A stretch of DNA of 64,000 nt from Antechinus flavipes. Lineage: Eukaryota. Below are positions 1 to 12,300 of this stretch, piece after piece. The notes below the pieces were generated by a model. It saw nothing but the letters and a program-made list of their open reading frames with translations. It did not search any database and was not told where the DNA came from. Position 1 is the stretch's first letter, and the number at the start of each line of letters is the position of its first letter. The stretch is from NCBI RefSeq assembly GCF_016432865.1, contig NC_067400.1, positions 1,054,001-1,118,000 of the forward strand, read 5' to 3'. A program made the position numbers and the translations under genes.

Positions 1-33
1 GGGACACAGGGGGGCGCCGGGCTGAGTGTGCCC

Positions 34-275
34 TGACCCCCCAGGACCCCCTCAGGACCCCCTCATGACCCCCCGGGATCTGTCTCATGATCCCCCTGGG
101 ACCCCTCTCAGGACCCCCTCATGATCCCCCCGGGACCCCCTCAGGACCCCCCGGGACCCCCTTTCAAGACCCCCTGGGACCCCTCTCATGATCCCCCCGG
201 GACCCCTCTCAGGACCCCCTCATGATCCCCCGGAACCCCCCGGGACCCCCTCATGATCCCCCCCAGCCCCCACCC
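34..275. repeat. C-rich minisatellite (GGACCCC/CATGATCCCCCC units), last KIAA0753 intron
   Basis: Repeated ggacccc(c)tc(t)cagg and catgatcccccc motifs. Confidence 0.85.
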
Positions 276-307
276 CCCAAGGCCCCCCCCAGAGACCCGG
301 CACTCAC

Positions 308-3300
308 CTCTCCACTATGATCCATGGGTTGAAACTGCCGATGGACTCGTGGGAGATGGTCCGCAGGTACTGCTGGTAGCCGTCCTGGTAGTCGCCCAGG
401 CTGCGGAGCGCCTCCCGGGGCACCGACAGGAGGAGGCTGCCCTCGGGCTGCTGAGGGGCCGCGGGGGCCACGGGCGGGAGGGGGGTCCTCTTCTCTCCTC
501 CTTCCTCCATGTCCGTGCTGTCGTCAAAGCACCTGGGGGCGCCCACCAGAGAGCAGCTGCAGCCCGCGCCCGAGCCCCCCGCCCCCGGCTCCCCCCGGGC
601 CCCCCGCTCACTTCTCATCCAGAGGTTCCGCGAGCAGGATGCTGACTTGGGGCTCCCTGGGCGCCGCTCCCTTGCTGAGCTGGATGGGCTGAGGAGGCCT
701 CGGCCTTTCATTTACCGCGCGGCCCTTGCGGTCTGCGGGAGGACCCGGGGAGGGGGCGCTGAGCCGCTGGCGCCCCCTCCCCTCAGCCGCCCGGGGGCCT
801 CCCCCGCCCCCCTCCCTGCAGCCTGGGCACAGGCCCCCCCCTCCACACCCAACCCCAGCCCCGTCTTTGTGGGCAGAGATGGCGTCATTCCCAGCAGAGC
901 GCCTGGCACACAGTAGGCGCCTAATAAACGCTTGCTCGCTTTCATTTTCAGCCCACGCTGGCTGGGATGACCCCCCGGAAACACTGGCAGCCTGCAGGGG
1001 GGGCAGCTGCCCAGATCCCGGCCCCCCGCCCGCTCTCCCCTATCACAGAAGGATTGCTGGGCCCAGGACGGCGGGCAGCCTCTGAGGCCCACTCAGAACC
1101 TCGGGCTCCTCCTTCCTCCTGCTCCTCTTGGAGCTCTTCTCATGACCCCCCCACCCCACCCCTGGGGCCCCCTGAGGGCTGGTCCTTGACCCCCGGGCAG
1201 CAAAGGGCCGGCCGCGGAGCCGCTCCTCGGGCCCTGGCCTGCGCAGAGCTTCCCTGGTCCCGACTCCCTAACGAGCACAAGCCCCCCTCGTTCCCGGAGG
1301 CAGCGTAGCCTAGCAACCACAGCCCAAAGCCCACGTGCGCCCGGGAAGGGAAGTGGAGGAGGGGCGCTCACCGCTTCTGCCCCCTGTGGTCCCAAAATCG
1401 AGATCAGCGTAGACCATCTGAGTGAATCTCTGCCGGACGGCCTCCTGGTATTGCTGGGGGCGAGCAGACAGCCGGCGTTAGGGAGGCGGGGCCGGAGCCG
1501 GACAGAGGGACAGGCAGGCAGGGGTCACACAGACAGATGGACAGATGGACAAGCAGTGGTCACAGAGACAGATGGACAGGCGGTCACACAGACAGACAGA
1601 CAGGCAGCAGGCACACAGACAGACAGACAGGCAGCAGGCACACAGACAGACAGACAAGACAGACAGCCGGTCACACAGACAGATGGACAGGCAGCGGTCA
1701 CACAGACAGATGGACAGACAGTCACACAGACAGACGGACAGATGGACAGGCAGGCAGGCAGCGGTCACACAGACAGACAGCGGTCACACGGACAGGCAGC
1801 GGGCACACAGACAGGCAGCGGGCACACAGACAGACAGACAGGCAGCGGTCACACAAACAGACAGACGGACAGATGGACAGGCAGGCAGGAGGGGGTCACA
1901 CAGACAGACAGGCAGCAGTCACAGAGACAGATGGACAGACGGTCACACAGACAGACAAGACAGACAGCGGTCATACAGACAGACAGACAGGCAGCAGGCA
2001 CACAGGCAGACAGGCAACGGTCACACAGACAGACAGACAGCTGGTCACACAGACAGATGGACAGACGGTCACACAGACAGACAGCGGTCACACGGACAGG
2101 CAGCGGGCACACAGACAGATGGACAGACGGTCACACAGACAGACAGCGGTCACACGGACAGGCAGCGGGCACACAGACAGACAGACAGGCAGCGGTCACA
2201 CAAACAGACAGACAGGCAACGGTCACACAGACAGACAGACAGACAGGCAGCGGTCACACAGACAGACAGACAGCCGGTCACACAGACAGACAGGCAACGG
2301 TCACACAGACAGACAGGCAGCCGGTCACACAGACAGACAGACAGCCGGTCACACAGACAGACAGGCAGCGGTCACACAGACAGACAGGCAGACAGCGGTC
2401 ACACAGACAGACAGACAGGCAACGGTCACACAGACAGACAGACAGACAGGCAGCGGTCACACAGACAGACAGACAGCCGGTCACACAGACAGACAGGCAG
2501 CGGTCACACAGACAGACAGGCAGCCGGTCACACAGACAGATGGACAGACGGTCACACAGACAGACAGACAGACAGCGGTCACACAGACAGACAGGCAGCG
2601 GTCACACAGACAGACAGGCAGACAGCGGTCACACAGACAGACAGACAGGCAACGGTCACACAGACAGGCAGGCAGACAGCGGTCACACAGACAGACAGGC
2701 AGCGGTCACACAGACAGACAGGCAGCGGTCACACAGACAGACAGACAGCCGGTCACATAGACAGATGGACAGACGGTCACACAGACAGACAGGCAGACAG
2801 CGGTCACACAGACAGATGGACGGGCAAGCAGACAAGTGGTCAGCTGGTAACCCAGGCAGACAGACGGGCAGGCAGATGGATGAACAGGAAGCCGGTCACA
2901 CAGACAGACAGCCAGTCCCACAGACGGACAAACAGATGGACAGCCAGTCCCACAGACGGACAAACAGACGGACAGCCAGTCCCACAGACGGACAAACAGA
3001 CAGACAGCCAGTCCCACAGACGGACAAACAGACGGACAGCCAGGCACACAGACGGACAAACAGACGGACAGCCAGGCACACAGACAGACAAACGGCTCCA
3101 ACAATTGAACCCCAGCACGCTCTTGGCTCTGACCAGAACATCCCCTGTTCCCTCCTGGCCAGACCAGCATGTTTCTGTGGCAGGCAGGGTTTCCCAGGCA
3201 TGACCTCACTGACCCTCACAATGACCCTGTGATGTGGCCACTCCCTGCAGGGCCCTGAAGGCCACCCTGGCTCCCCAGGCCCAGCCCCCCCCCCACCAGC

Positions 3301-6300
3301 CAGGACCCGTCCCTGCACCTCTATCTCCTCCATGCGCTGCATCATGAGCCTCAGGTCAGGGCCGTCGTCCTCCCAGAGGGCCGCGTGCTCGGGGCCGGGG
3401 GCTGGGGGCGCCTGGGAGAGAGAGGCTCGGGGTGGAAGCTCCTGCTCTGGCTGGCCGAGGCCGGGGGTCCCACCGCTGCGCCCCCCAGGCTTCCGCGGGA
3501 GCCTCCAGAGCAGGGGCCGGCCGGGCTCCCCCCGGGGACGCCGCCCTCCTGGGGCCCAGCTCCGGGCGGAGCCCACCTAAGGCGCCAGCGGCCGAACAGC
3601 TGTGACCCCCTCGTGGGGGGCCGCGGGAGACCCGGAGAAGGAAGAGGGGGCAGGGACAACCAGGAAAAGAGAAGGCGGCTCCTGAGCATCCTGGGGGCCG
3701 AGCTCAGAGTGGAGGGACAGACAGATACGGAGGAGGGAGTGCTGGAGGTAAGAGGAGAAACGCAGGGGAGTCGGGCTATGGGGCGGGAGAGAGGGGAGAG
3801 GGGGAGATGGAGGGGGGAAGGGAGGGGTGAGGGAGGTGGGGAGGGAGGGGAAGGGGGAGAAGGGAGGGGGAGATGGAGGGGGGGAGGGGGAGATGGAGGG
3901 GGAGATGGAGGGGGGAGGGGGAGAAGGGAGGGGGAGATGGAGGGGGAGAGGGAGATGGAGGGGGGAGGGGGAGAAGGGAGGAGGAGATGGAGCGAGAAAG
4001 GGAAGGGGAGATGGAGGGGGGAGGGAGGGGGAGATGGAGGGGGGAAGGGAAGGGGAGATGGAGGGGGGAAGGGAGGGGATGGAGGGGGGAGGGAGGGGGA
4101 GATGGAGGGGGGAGGGAGGGGGAGATGGAGGGGGGAGGGGATGGAGGGGGGAGGGAGGGGGAGATGGAGGCGGGGAAGGGAGGGGGAGATGGAGGGGGGA
4201 GGGGGAGATGGAGGGGGGAGGGGGAGATGGAGGGGGAGATGGAGGGGGGAGGGGGAGAAGGGAGGGGGAGATGGAGGGGGGAGGGAGGGAAGAAGGAGGG
4301 GGAGATGGAGGGGGGAGGGGGAGAAGGGAGGGGGAGATGGAGGGGGAAAGGGAAGGGGAGATGGAGGGGGGAGGGAGGGGGAAATGGAGGGGGGAAGGGA
4401 GGGGGAGATGGAGGGGGAAAGGGAAGGGGAGATGGAGGGGGGAGGGGGAGATGGAGGGGGGAAGGGAGGAGGAGAGGGAGGGGGGGAGGGGGGGAGGGGG
4501 AGATGGAGGGGGGAGGGGGAGATGGAGGGGGGAGGGGGAGATGGAGGGGGGAAGGGAGGGGGAGATGGAGGGGGGGGGGGGGAGGGGGGGAGGGGGGGGG
4601 GAGGGAGGGGGGGAGGGGGGGGGGAGGGGGGAGGGGGGAGGGGGAGATGGAGGGGGGAGGGAGGGGGAGATGGAGGGGGGAGGGGGAGATGGAGGGGGGA
4701 TGGAGGGGGGGAGGGGGAGATGGAGGGGGGAAGGGAGGAGGAGAGGGAGGGGGAGAGGGGGACCGGGCCCCTCTCCTCTTCTCTGACAGACCCTCGGGCA
4801 GATTCCTCCTCAGGGAGCCAGGGACAAGGGAAGAGCTCCGGACGGGGCCGTATCGGCCCTAGCAGCCCCTGCACACAGGACTCACCTTCTCCAGAACCGG
4901 GGCTTTGGGTTCAGACGGATGCTCCCCCAAACGCGCGTCGGTGCCCCAAGACTCAGCTTCCTACAGGAGAGACGAGGTAGTGAGTGCCCGAGGGGGGCAG
5001 CCAGAGGGCGCCCTGGGGACAAATGGCCTCGGGTCCGTCCTCACAACTGCCCTGCCAGGAGGCGCCCGGATGGCTCAGGGTCAGCGGCGGTCACGGCGGC
5101 TGTGGGGGGGGTCCCGCCGCCGAAGGACCCCCGCTGAGAAACGATGCTTTTGGTGCCCGAGACCCTTCCTAAAATAGGGGGCGGCAGAGAGAATCAGGTC
5201 TCTCTCCTCCGGCCCGGCCTCCAAAGCCCTGCCCCCGCTGCCCCCTCCCTGCTCCCCGGGGACCCTGGCCCGCTGCCCACTAGCTCCCAGCTCAGCGTCC
5301 TCTCGGTGGCCCTCTGACCACCGACCTCCCCAGCTCCCGCCGTCTTTTACGGGAAGCCTTCTGCGGCTCCCCCGGTTCCTCACGTGCTCTTTATCCCGGG
5401 CCCGGGGGCTCTGCGTCTCCCCCAGCTCATGGTGTAAGACAGGGGCCCTCAGCACTTGTACAGGGCCTGGCATACAGTAAGCACTTAATAAATGCCGACT
5501 CAGCTAGCCCCAGCTAGCTCTTAGGGCTCTGGACCCAAGGCCTCAGACTCCAGGGCGCGCAGCTCGGACCCCCCCTCCCTCCGCGCCTCGGTGTCCTGTC
5601 CGTAATCCAGAGCAGAGCCTTGGGCCGGATCCGTGTCAGGTCATCTCCCACCGGGGATCAGACCCGAGGGGACGGCGTGCTCGGGGCCCCCGGGGGCCCA
5701 CTGCCAGGGGCAGAGGCAGGAAACAAGGGGTCGGCCAGAGGAGGGTCCCAAGGGAAGAGCTCCCGCTACTCCCTCCGGGAGTTGCCCACAAGGGCCCGGT
5801 CGGGCCCACAAAAGCGTGTCCAAAGCGGGGATCCCCAAGGCGTAGTGAGGCCGATTCAAGGAAGAAGAGAGACCCCCACCTCTCCCAATCCCCACCGGGG
5901 TCTCCACTGAGGCCAGCGGAGACCTTACCTTCACCTGGTCCAGAAGAGGCTTTAGACGCTCCAGGACCACCTGCTCCACCTTGTCCGCCAACTGGGAGGG
6001 AGACGCGCTGACGGCGACAAAACGGCCGAGGTTTGTATCCCCTTAGCACAAGGTCTGCATACAGCAGGTGCTCAAACAAAGCCCTGGCAGAGCTACCCTC
6101 AACCCAATGCACGCTGTCCATCAAATCTTTCAAAAAGACTTTAAAGTTCTCAAGACTCAAGCATTTATATGGCGCCTACTACATGCCCAGGCACTTGGGA
6201 GGCTCTACAATTATCAGCCTTTTGATGCTTGTGATGGCTCCGAGAAAAGGGGGCTCCTCTGGCCCCCATTTTACAGATGAGAATATCCAGGTGGGCAGGT

Positions 6301-9300
6301 GAGGTCAGTCAGGTGCTGTCTGTGAGGCTGGGCTCCCGGCTCGGCACCCGGAGTCCCAGCCTCTTCCCCAAGAGCCGTGTGGGCGCAGGCCGGGACCCCC
6401 GCCCATGGGGCTTTCCCAGGCAGAAGTCTGCGGCAGGAACCCACCAAGTGCACGCGGGACAGACTGCGGCACCGTGGTTACATGTCATAATAACAACAGG
6501 CAATGTGCACGCTTGCACACCTGGGCTCCGGGCCTAGAAAGAAATCTGGGTGTGTGTGACCAAGTGTGAACGTGCTAGAAATGAGTGTGAGCAAGCGTGA
6601 GTGTGTCAGAACAAGTGTGAACAAGTGTGTTAGAAACTAGTGTATGTGAGAAATGTGTTAGAAACAAGTGTGAGTGAGCATGAGTGTGTCAGAACAAGTG
6701 TGAGCAAGTGTGTTAGAAACTAGTGTGAGTGAGCGTGTTAGAAATGAGTGTGTGTGAGAAATGTGTGTTAGAAGCAAGTGTGAGTGAGCGTGAGTGTCAG
6801 AACAAGTGTGAGCAAGTGTGTTAGAAACTAGTGTGAGTGAGCGTGTTAGAAATGTTTGTTAGAAATGAGTGTGTCTGAGAAATGTGTGTTAGAAGCAAGT
6901 GTGAGTGAGCGTGAGTGTGTCAGAACAAGTGTGAGCAAGTGTGTTAGAAACTAGTGTGAGTGAGCGTGTTAGAAATGAGTGTGTGTGAGAAATGTGTGTT
7001 AGAAACAAGTGTGAGTGAGCGTGAGTGCGTCAGAACAAGTGTGAGCAAGTGCGTTAGAAACTAGTGTGAGTGAGCGTGTTAGAAATGTTTGTTAGAAATG
7101 AGTGTGTGTGAGAAATGTGTGTTAGAAACAAATGTGAGTGAGCGTGTGTCAGAACAAGTGTGAGCAAGTGTGTTAGAAACTAGTGTGAGTGAGCGTGTTA
7201 GAAATGAGTGTGTGTGAGAAATGTGTGTTAGAAACAAGTGTGAGTGAGCATGAGTGTGTCAGAACAAGTGTGAGCAAGTGTGTTAGAAACTAGTGAGTGA
7301 ACGTGTTAGAAATGAGTGTGTGTGAGAAATGTGTTAGAAACAAGTGTGAGTGAGCATGAGTGTGTCAGAACAAGTGTGAGCAAGTGTGTTAGAAACTAGT
7401 GAGTAAACGTGTTAGAAATGAGTGTGTGTGAGAAATGTGTTAGAAACAAGTGTGAGTGAGCATGAGTGTGTCAGAACAAGTGTGAGCAAGTGTGTTAGAA
7501 ACTAGTGAGTGAACGTGTTAGAAATGAGTGTGTGTGAGAAATGTGTTAGAAACAAGTGTGAGTGAGCATGAGTGTGTCAGAACAAGTGTGAGCAAGTGTG
7601 TTAGAAACTAGTGAGTAAACGTGTTAGAAATGAGTGTGTATGAGAAATGTGTATTAGAAACAAGTGTGTGAGCATGAGTGTATCAGAACAAGTGTGAGCA
7701 AGTGTGTTAGAAACTAGTAAGTGAGCGTGTTAGAAATGTTTGTGTTAGAAATGAGTGTGTATGAGAAATGTGTGTTAGAAACAAGTGTGTGAACGTGAGT
7801 GTGTCAGAACAAGTGTGAGCAAGTGTGTTAGAAACTAGTGTGAGTGAGCGTGTTAGAAACTAGTGTGAGTGAGCGTGTTAGAAATGAGTGTGTGAGAAAT
7901 GTGTTAGAAAAAAGTGTGAGCGTGAGTGTGTCAGAACAAGTGTGAGCAAGTGTGTTAGAAACTAGTGTGAACGAGCGTGTTAGAAATGAGTGTGAGAAAT
8001 GTGTGTTAGAAACAAGCATGAGTGAGCGTGAGTCAGAACAAGTGTGAACGAGCATGTTAGAAACTAGTGTGAACGAGCGTGTTAGAAATGAGTGTGAGGG
8101 TTAGGACAAGTGTGAGTGAGCATGTGCTCGTTAGGAACAAATGTGAGTAGGAATGCGTGTGCATCTGTCCGGAGCCTACGTGTGCGCACATATGCATCAG
8201 CAAACATCTCTGAGTGTGTACAAGGGGCGTCTTCCCCCCATCCTCCCCGGGGTTCTTTTCCCCTTCCCCCACCCCCTTTCCTTTCCTTTCCCCCGCCCTT
8301 TCCCATCCCCTTTCTCCACCTCTTTTCCTTGTCCCCGCCCCTTCCCCAGCCCTTTTTCCTTCTCTCTACCTTTTCCCCGCCCCTTCTCCACCCCTTTTCC
8401 CCGTCCCCGCCCCTTCCCCACCCCTTTTTCCTTCTCCCTACCTTTTCCCCGCCCCTTCCCCACCCCTTTTCCCCGTCCCCGCCCCTTCCCCACCCCTTTT
8501 CCTGTCCCCGCCCCTTCCCCACCCCTTTTTTCTCCTCTCTACCTTTTCCACGCCCCCTTTCCCCTTCTCCCCGCCCCTTCTCCCCGGCTCGGCTCCGGCT
8601 CGCGCTCACCTCAGCCTCCGGACCGCCGCCAGCTCTCGGTCCCTCAGCTCGTCCAGCTCCTTCATCCTCCGGGCGCTCTCGGCGTCCAGCCAGGCGAGCC
8701 TGGGAGGAAACGACCGTGTCCGTGGGCCCCGGCCCGACCGCCCCCCTGCCCCGCTTCGCTCTCAGAGCGCCCGCCTCACTCGGGCCCTCGGGGCTCGAGT
8801 CCCTTTGGGTTTTGGCCCGTGATTTTTGCGGGGAAACTGAGGCCCGGGGACTGCCCAGCTCCGGGGGGGGGGGGGGGGCCGGGAGCGCCCCCGTTCACCT
8901 CGTCTGCAGCGAAGGCGCCAGGGGCATCGCAAGGCAGCTCCTTCGCTTTCCCCTCCCTACCCTGGTCTTGGGGCAGCGCCGGGCCAGCTCCCTACACAGA
9001 AGAACAGCGTGGGAGCGGGGGGAGGGGCGGCCGGGCGGGGGCCGAGCGCGGGGGCTGCCGCTGCCAACCTGAGGGCCTCGCGCTCGCTGGGCTCCGGGCG
9101 CGCTCCGTCCTCCCGGGCCGGCTCCTGCTGAAGGGGCGCTTCTCTTCTGGCCTCGTCCGGCCCGGCGCTCACCTTGGCCCAGGCAACGCTGTGAGGCGGA
9201 CAGACGCCTTCCTTACACTCCCTGGCCCGAGAAGCTGGGCCCGGGAGGGGGGCGAGGGGCCGCTGCCACAGAGAGCCCCCCACAGGACATGCACAAGCAG

Positions 9301-12300
9301 TAAAAGGGGGCTGCCCGCTGCAGAGCCCCCCAAAGGAGCTGCATGGGCAGTGAGGGGGCCATCCATCCCAGAGAGCCCCCCACAGGACATGCTGCGAGGC
9401 AGTAAAAGGGGGCCGTCCATCCCAGAGAGCCCCCCAAAGGAGCTGCATGGGCAGTGAGGGGGCCGTCCATCCCAGAGAGCCCCCCACAGGACATGCTGCG
9501 AGGCAGTAAAAGGGGGCCGTCCATCCCAGAGAGCCCCCCACAGGACATGCACAAGCAGTAAAAGGGGGCTGTCCATCCCAGAGAACCCCCACAGGACATG
9601 CTGCAAGGCAGTAAAAGGGGGCTGCCTGCTGCAGAGAGCCCCCCAAAGGAGCTGCATGGGCAGTGAGGGGGCCGTCCATCCCAGAGAGCCCCCCACAGGA
9701 CATGCTGCGAGGCAGTAAAAGGGGGCCATCCATCCCAGAGAGCCCCCCACAGGACATGCTGCGAGGCAGTAAAAGGGGGCCGTCCATCCCAGAGAGACCC
9801 CCAAAGGAGCTGCATGGGCAGTGAGGGGGCCGTCCATCCCAGAGAGCCCCCCACAGGACATGCTGCGAGGCAGTAAAAGGGGGCTGCCCGCCGCAGAGAG
9901 AACCCCAAAGGAGCTGCATGGGCAGTGAGGGGGGCCGCCCGCTGCAGAGCATCCTGAAGGACCACCAGGTGGATGTGCCCCAAAGATGCCACAGCATAAC
10001 CACTGGCACCGACCACATGGTGCCCCCAGGACAGAGGGCTGCCTTCCAAGCCCTGGGGATCATGGGAGGGGCGGGGGGCTCTCCAGTCCAGAGACCCCGG
10101 GGGGGCTCCAAGCACACACCATTTGGGGGAGGCCGGTGGGGAAGTGGGGTTTGGAGGGATCCATGGCACGCGGCGGTCCTTGACGGGGGGGTGACTCTTC
10201 TTTAATCTGAAGGAGACGGTGGTCCTCTGGAACCTGCAGTCCTTGCCCTGGGCCTGGCGGGGTCTCGGCCTGTCCGCTTTGTGGAACCCCTGCAGGGAAG
10301 TCTGGCGCGTCACCGCTGCCCCCGTCCTCCCCAGGCCTGAGGCTCCTCCCCAGGGTCCGCAGGGGCGTGTGCGTGAGCATGGGGGGAGTGTGCACACACG
10401 CACGTCACACGCAGACATTTGCACACTCACCCCACCCCCCCAAGTAGCCTCCACCGGCACCAGAGTTCAGAACAGAACCTCCAAAGGCCTCCACCGGGGG
10501 CGGCAAGACCAGCTGCATCCAAGCGGCCCCAGAGCCCCCCCCTTACTCAGTCCCCCCCCAGGCCATGTCCTGTGTTCGGTGCTGACGCGCAGCCATCAGG
10601 AAAGTGAGCCCAGAGAAGTGGGGCCCGGCCTGGGCGGGGGCACCGGCAGCCAGGGCAGCATCGCTCAGAGCAGTCTGGGGGAGAGGGCGAGGGGCCCGGG
10701 GGGGCACTGGAGGGGTCCTCCGGGCAGCAGGAGCTCAAGGCTGTCTGCAGGGAGACCAGGGATGCCAGAAAAGCTGGAAGAGATGGAGACAGACAGAGAG
10801 CAGGAGAGGGAGGGAAGGAGGGAGGAGGGGGAGGAAGGGGGAGAGGGAGGGGGGGACAGAGCGGGGAGGAGGGAGGAGGGGGAGGGAAGGAGGGAGCATG
10901 AAGAAAGCAGAGATGCCCGGGGATCCTGGCACCTGGGCAGGCAGCAGGGAGGGGGGCGAGGGGGCCTTGGGCCCAACAGCCCGGACACAAGGAAGAGGAG
11001 GGCGAGTGTGGGAGCGATCGGGGGCAGCCCTTCCCTGGTGCGGCCCCTGGCGATCGCCCCGTCGCCGCAGGCTCCTGTGTGGGATCTTCACCCGGGACGG
11101 CTCTGCTGACCCGGGTGGGCCCCAAGACTGCAGCTCGGGGGCGGCTGGCTCTAGACTCTCCGGACCCCCGGACCCCCGGCCAGCTTGTCCTAGGTGCCCA
11201 ACGGGGAACTCGCCCCCCCCCCACTGGGAGCGGCGCCCACGGCTTTTCTCCTTGCCCTTGACCTCTGCCCCAGAGGACACGCGTCACCCCGGCCCCTCGG
11301 GCCCCCCGCTCAGCCCCGAGGGAGCTTTTCTAGGACAAAGACCGGGCCGCTCTCCACAAAGCAGGGAACCCCCCGGGAAACGGGAGAGGGAGCAGGGGCC
11401 CCACACAACGGCCGCCGCGGCTGGTTCCAGGGGGACGGTTCACGGTCGGCCGAGGAACAAAGAGAAAGGAGGCGAAAACGAGCCCTCGATTGGACAAACA
11501 AACCCAACAAAACCGACCCGACAAGGAACGGGGAAGTCGGAGCGGCCGCGAGCCCTGAGGCAGCCAAGAGAGCCCTCGTCTCAGGCCCCGCACTTCGGGG
11601 GGCCGGGCAGGGAGCCCCGGGGGGGCAGGGAGCCCGGAGGGGGGCGGGCAGGGAGCCCGGAGGGGGGTGGGCAGGGAGCCCCGGGGGGCGGGCAGGGAGC
11701 CCCGGGGGAGGCAGGGAGCCCCGGGGGGGGGTGGGCAGGGAGCCCCGGGGGGGCAGGGAGCCCCGGGGGGGGGCCGAGCCAGTCTCCAGCAGCGATGGCC
11801 CAGCATAGCCCCACCCAAACTGGAGGACAGAGAAGCAGAGGGCTTCGGCCCATCTGCTCTCAGTCTGGGGGGCTTCTCGGCCCAACCCCCACGAGCCCAT
11901 CTGATCCTGCCTCTCAGGGCCAGGGGAGGGGGACTGGCCCTGCAAGGTGACTATGCAGTGACTCCTTTTCCTTTTGGGGTTGGGGAGGAGGGAGAGGGGA
12001 GAAAGAGAAAAGCCTCGGCCTCCCTGGCTCTCCCGGAGGTCCGGCCGGCCCGAGAACCACGGCCCCCACCCCTGAGGGGCCTCAGCCCGTCGGCCCCCAG
12101 CCTCGAGCCCCACGTGGGCGAGGGCGGTCTTGGGGGGCCCTGGGAGCAGCGCGTACCTGCGGGGGTTTCCCGGCCGGCTCGAGGCCTCGCCTTCGCAGGG
12201 ACGCGGGAGCGGTCAGCGGCCGCTTTTTCACAGCCTTTGCTTTGGTCGGGGCCGGCCCTCCGCGGAAAGCGGCGCTCTGGTCCCAGGAGGGGAGCTCCTC

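Noticed and set aside
1451-3232. 593-aa ORF and overlapping 400-550-aa ORFs
   Set aside because: Products of the stop-poor (CAGA)n minisatellite within a KIAA0753 intron.
3351-4980. Pro-rich and Gly/Glu-rich ORFs of 300-530 aa (extensin/collagen-like look)
   Set aside because: Translations of the polypurine tract; open in several frames at once.
5095-5168. Alternative candidate for the KIAA0753 exon between 5929 and 3319
   Set aside because: Good acceptor, but a weak donor that breaks phase and an in-frame stop just beyond it; 4886-4960 has strong sites and keeps phase 0.
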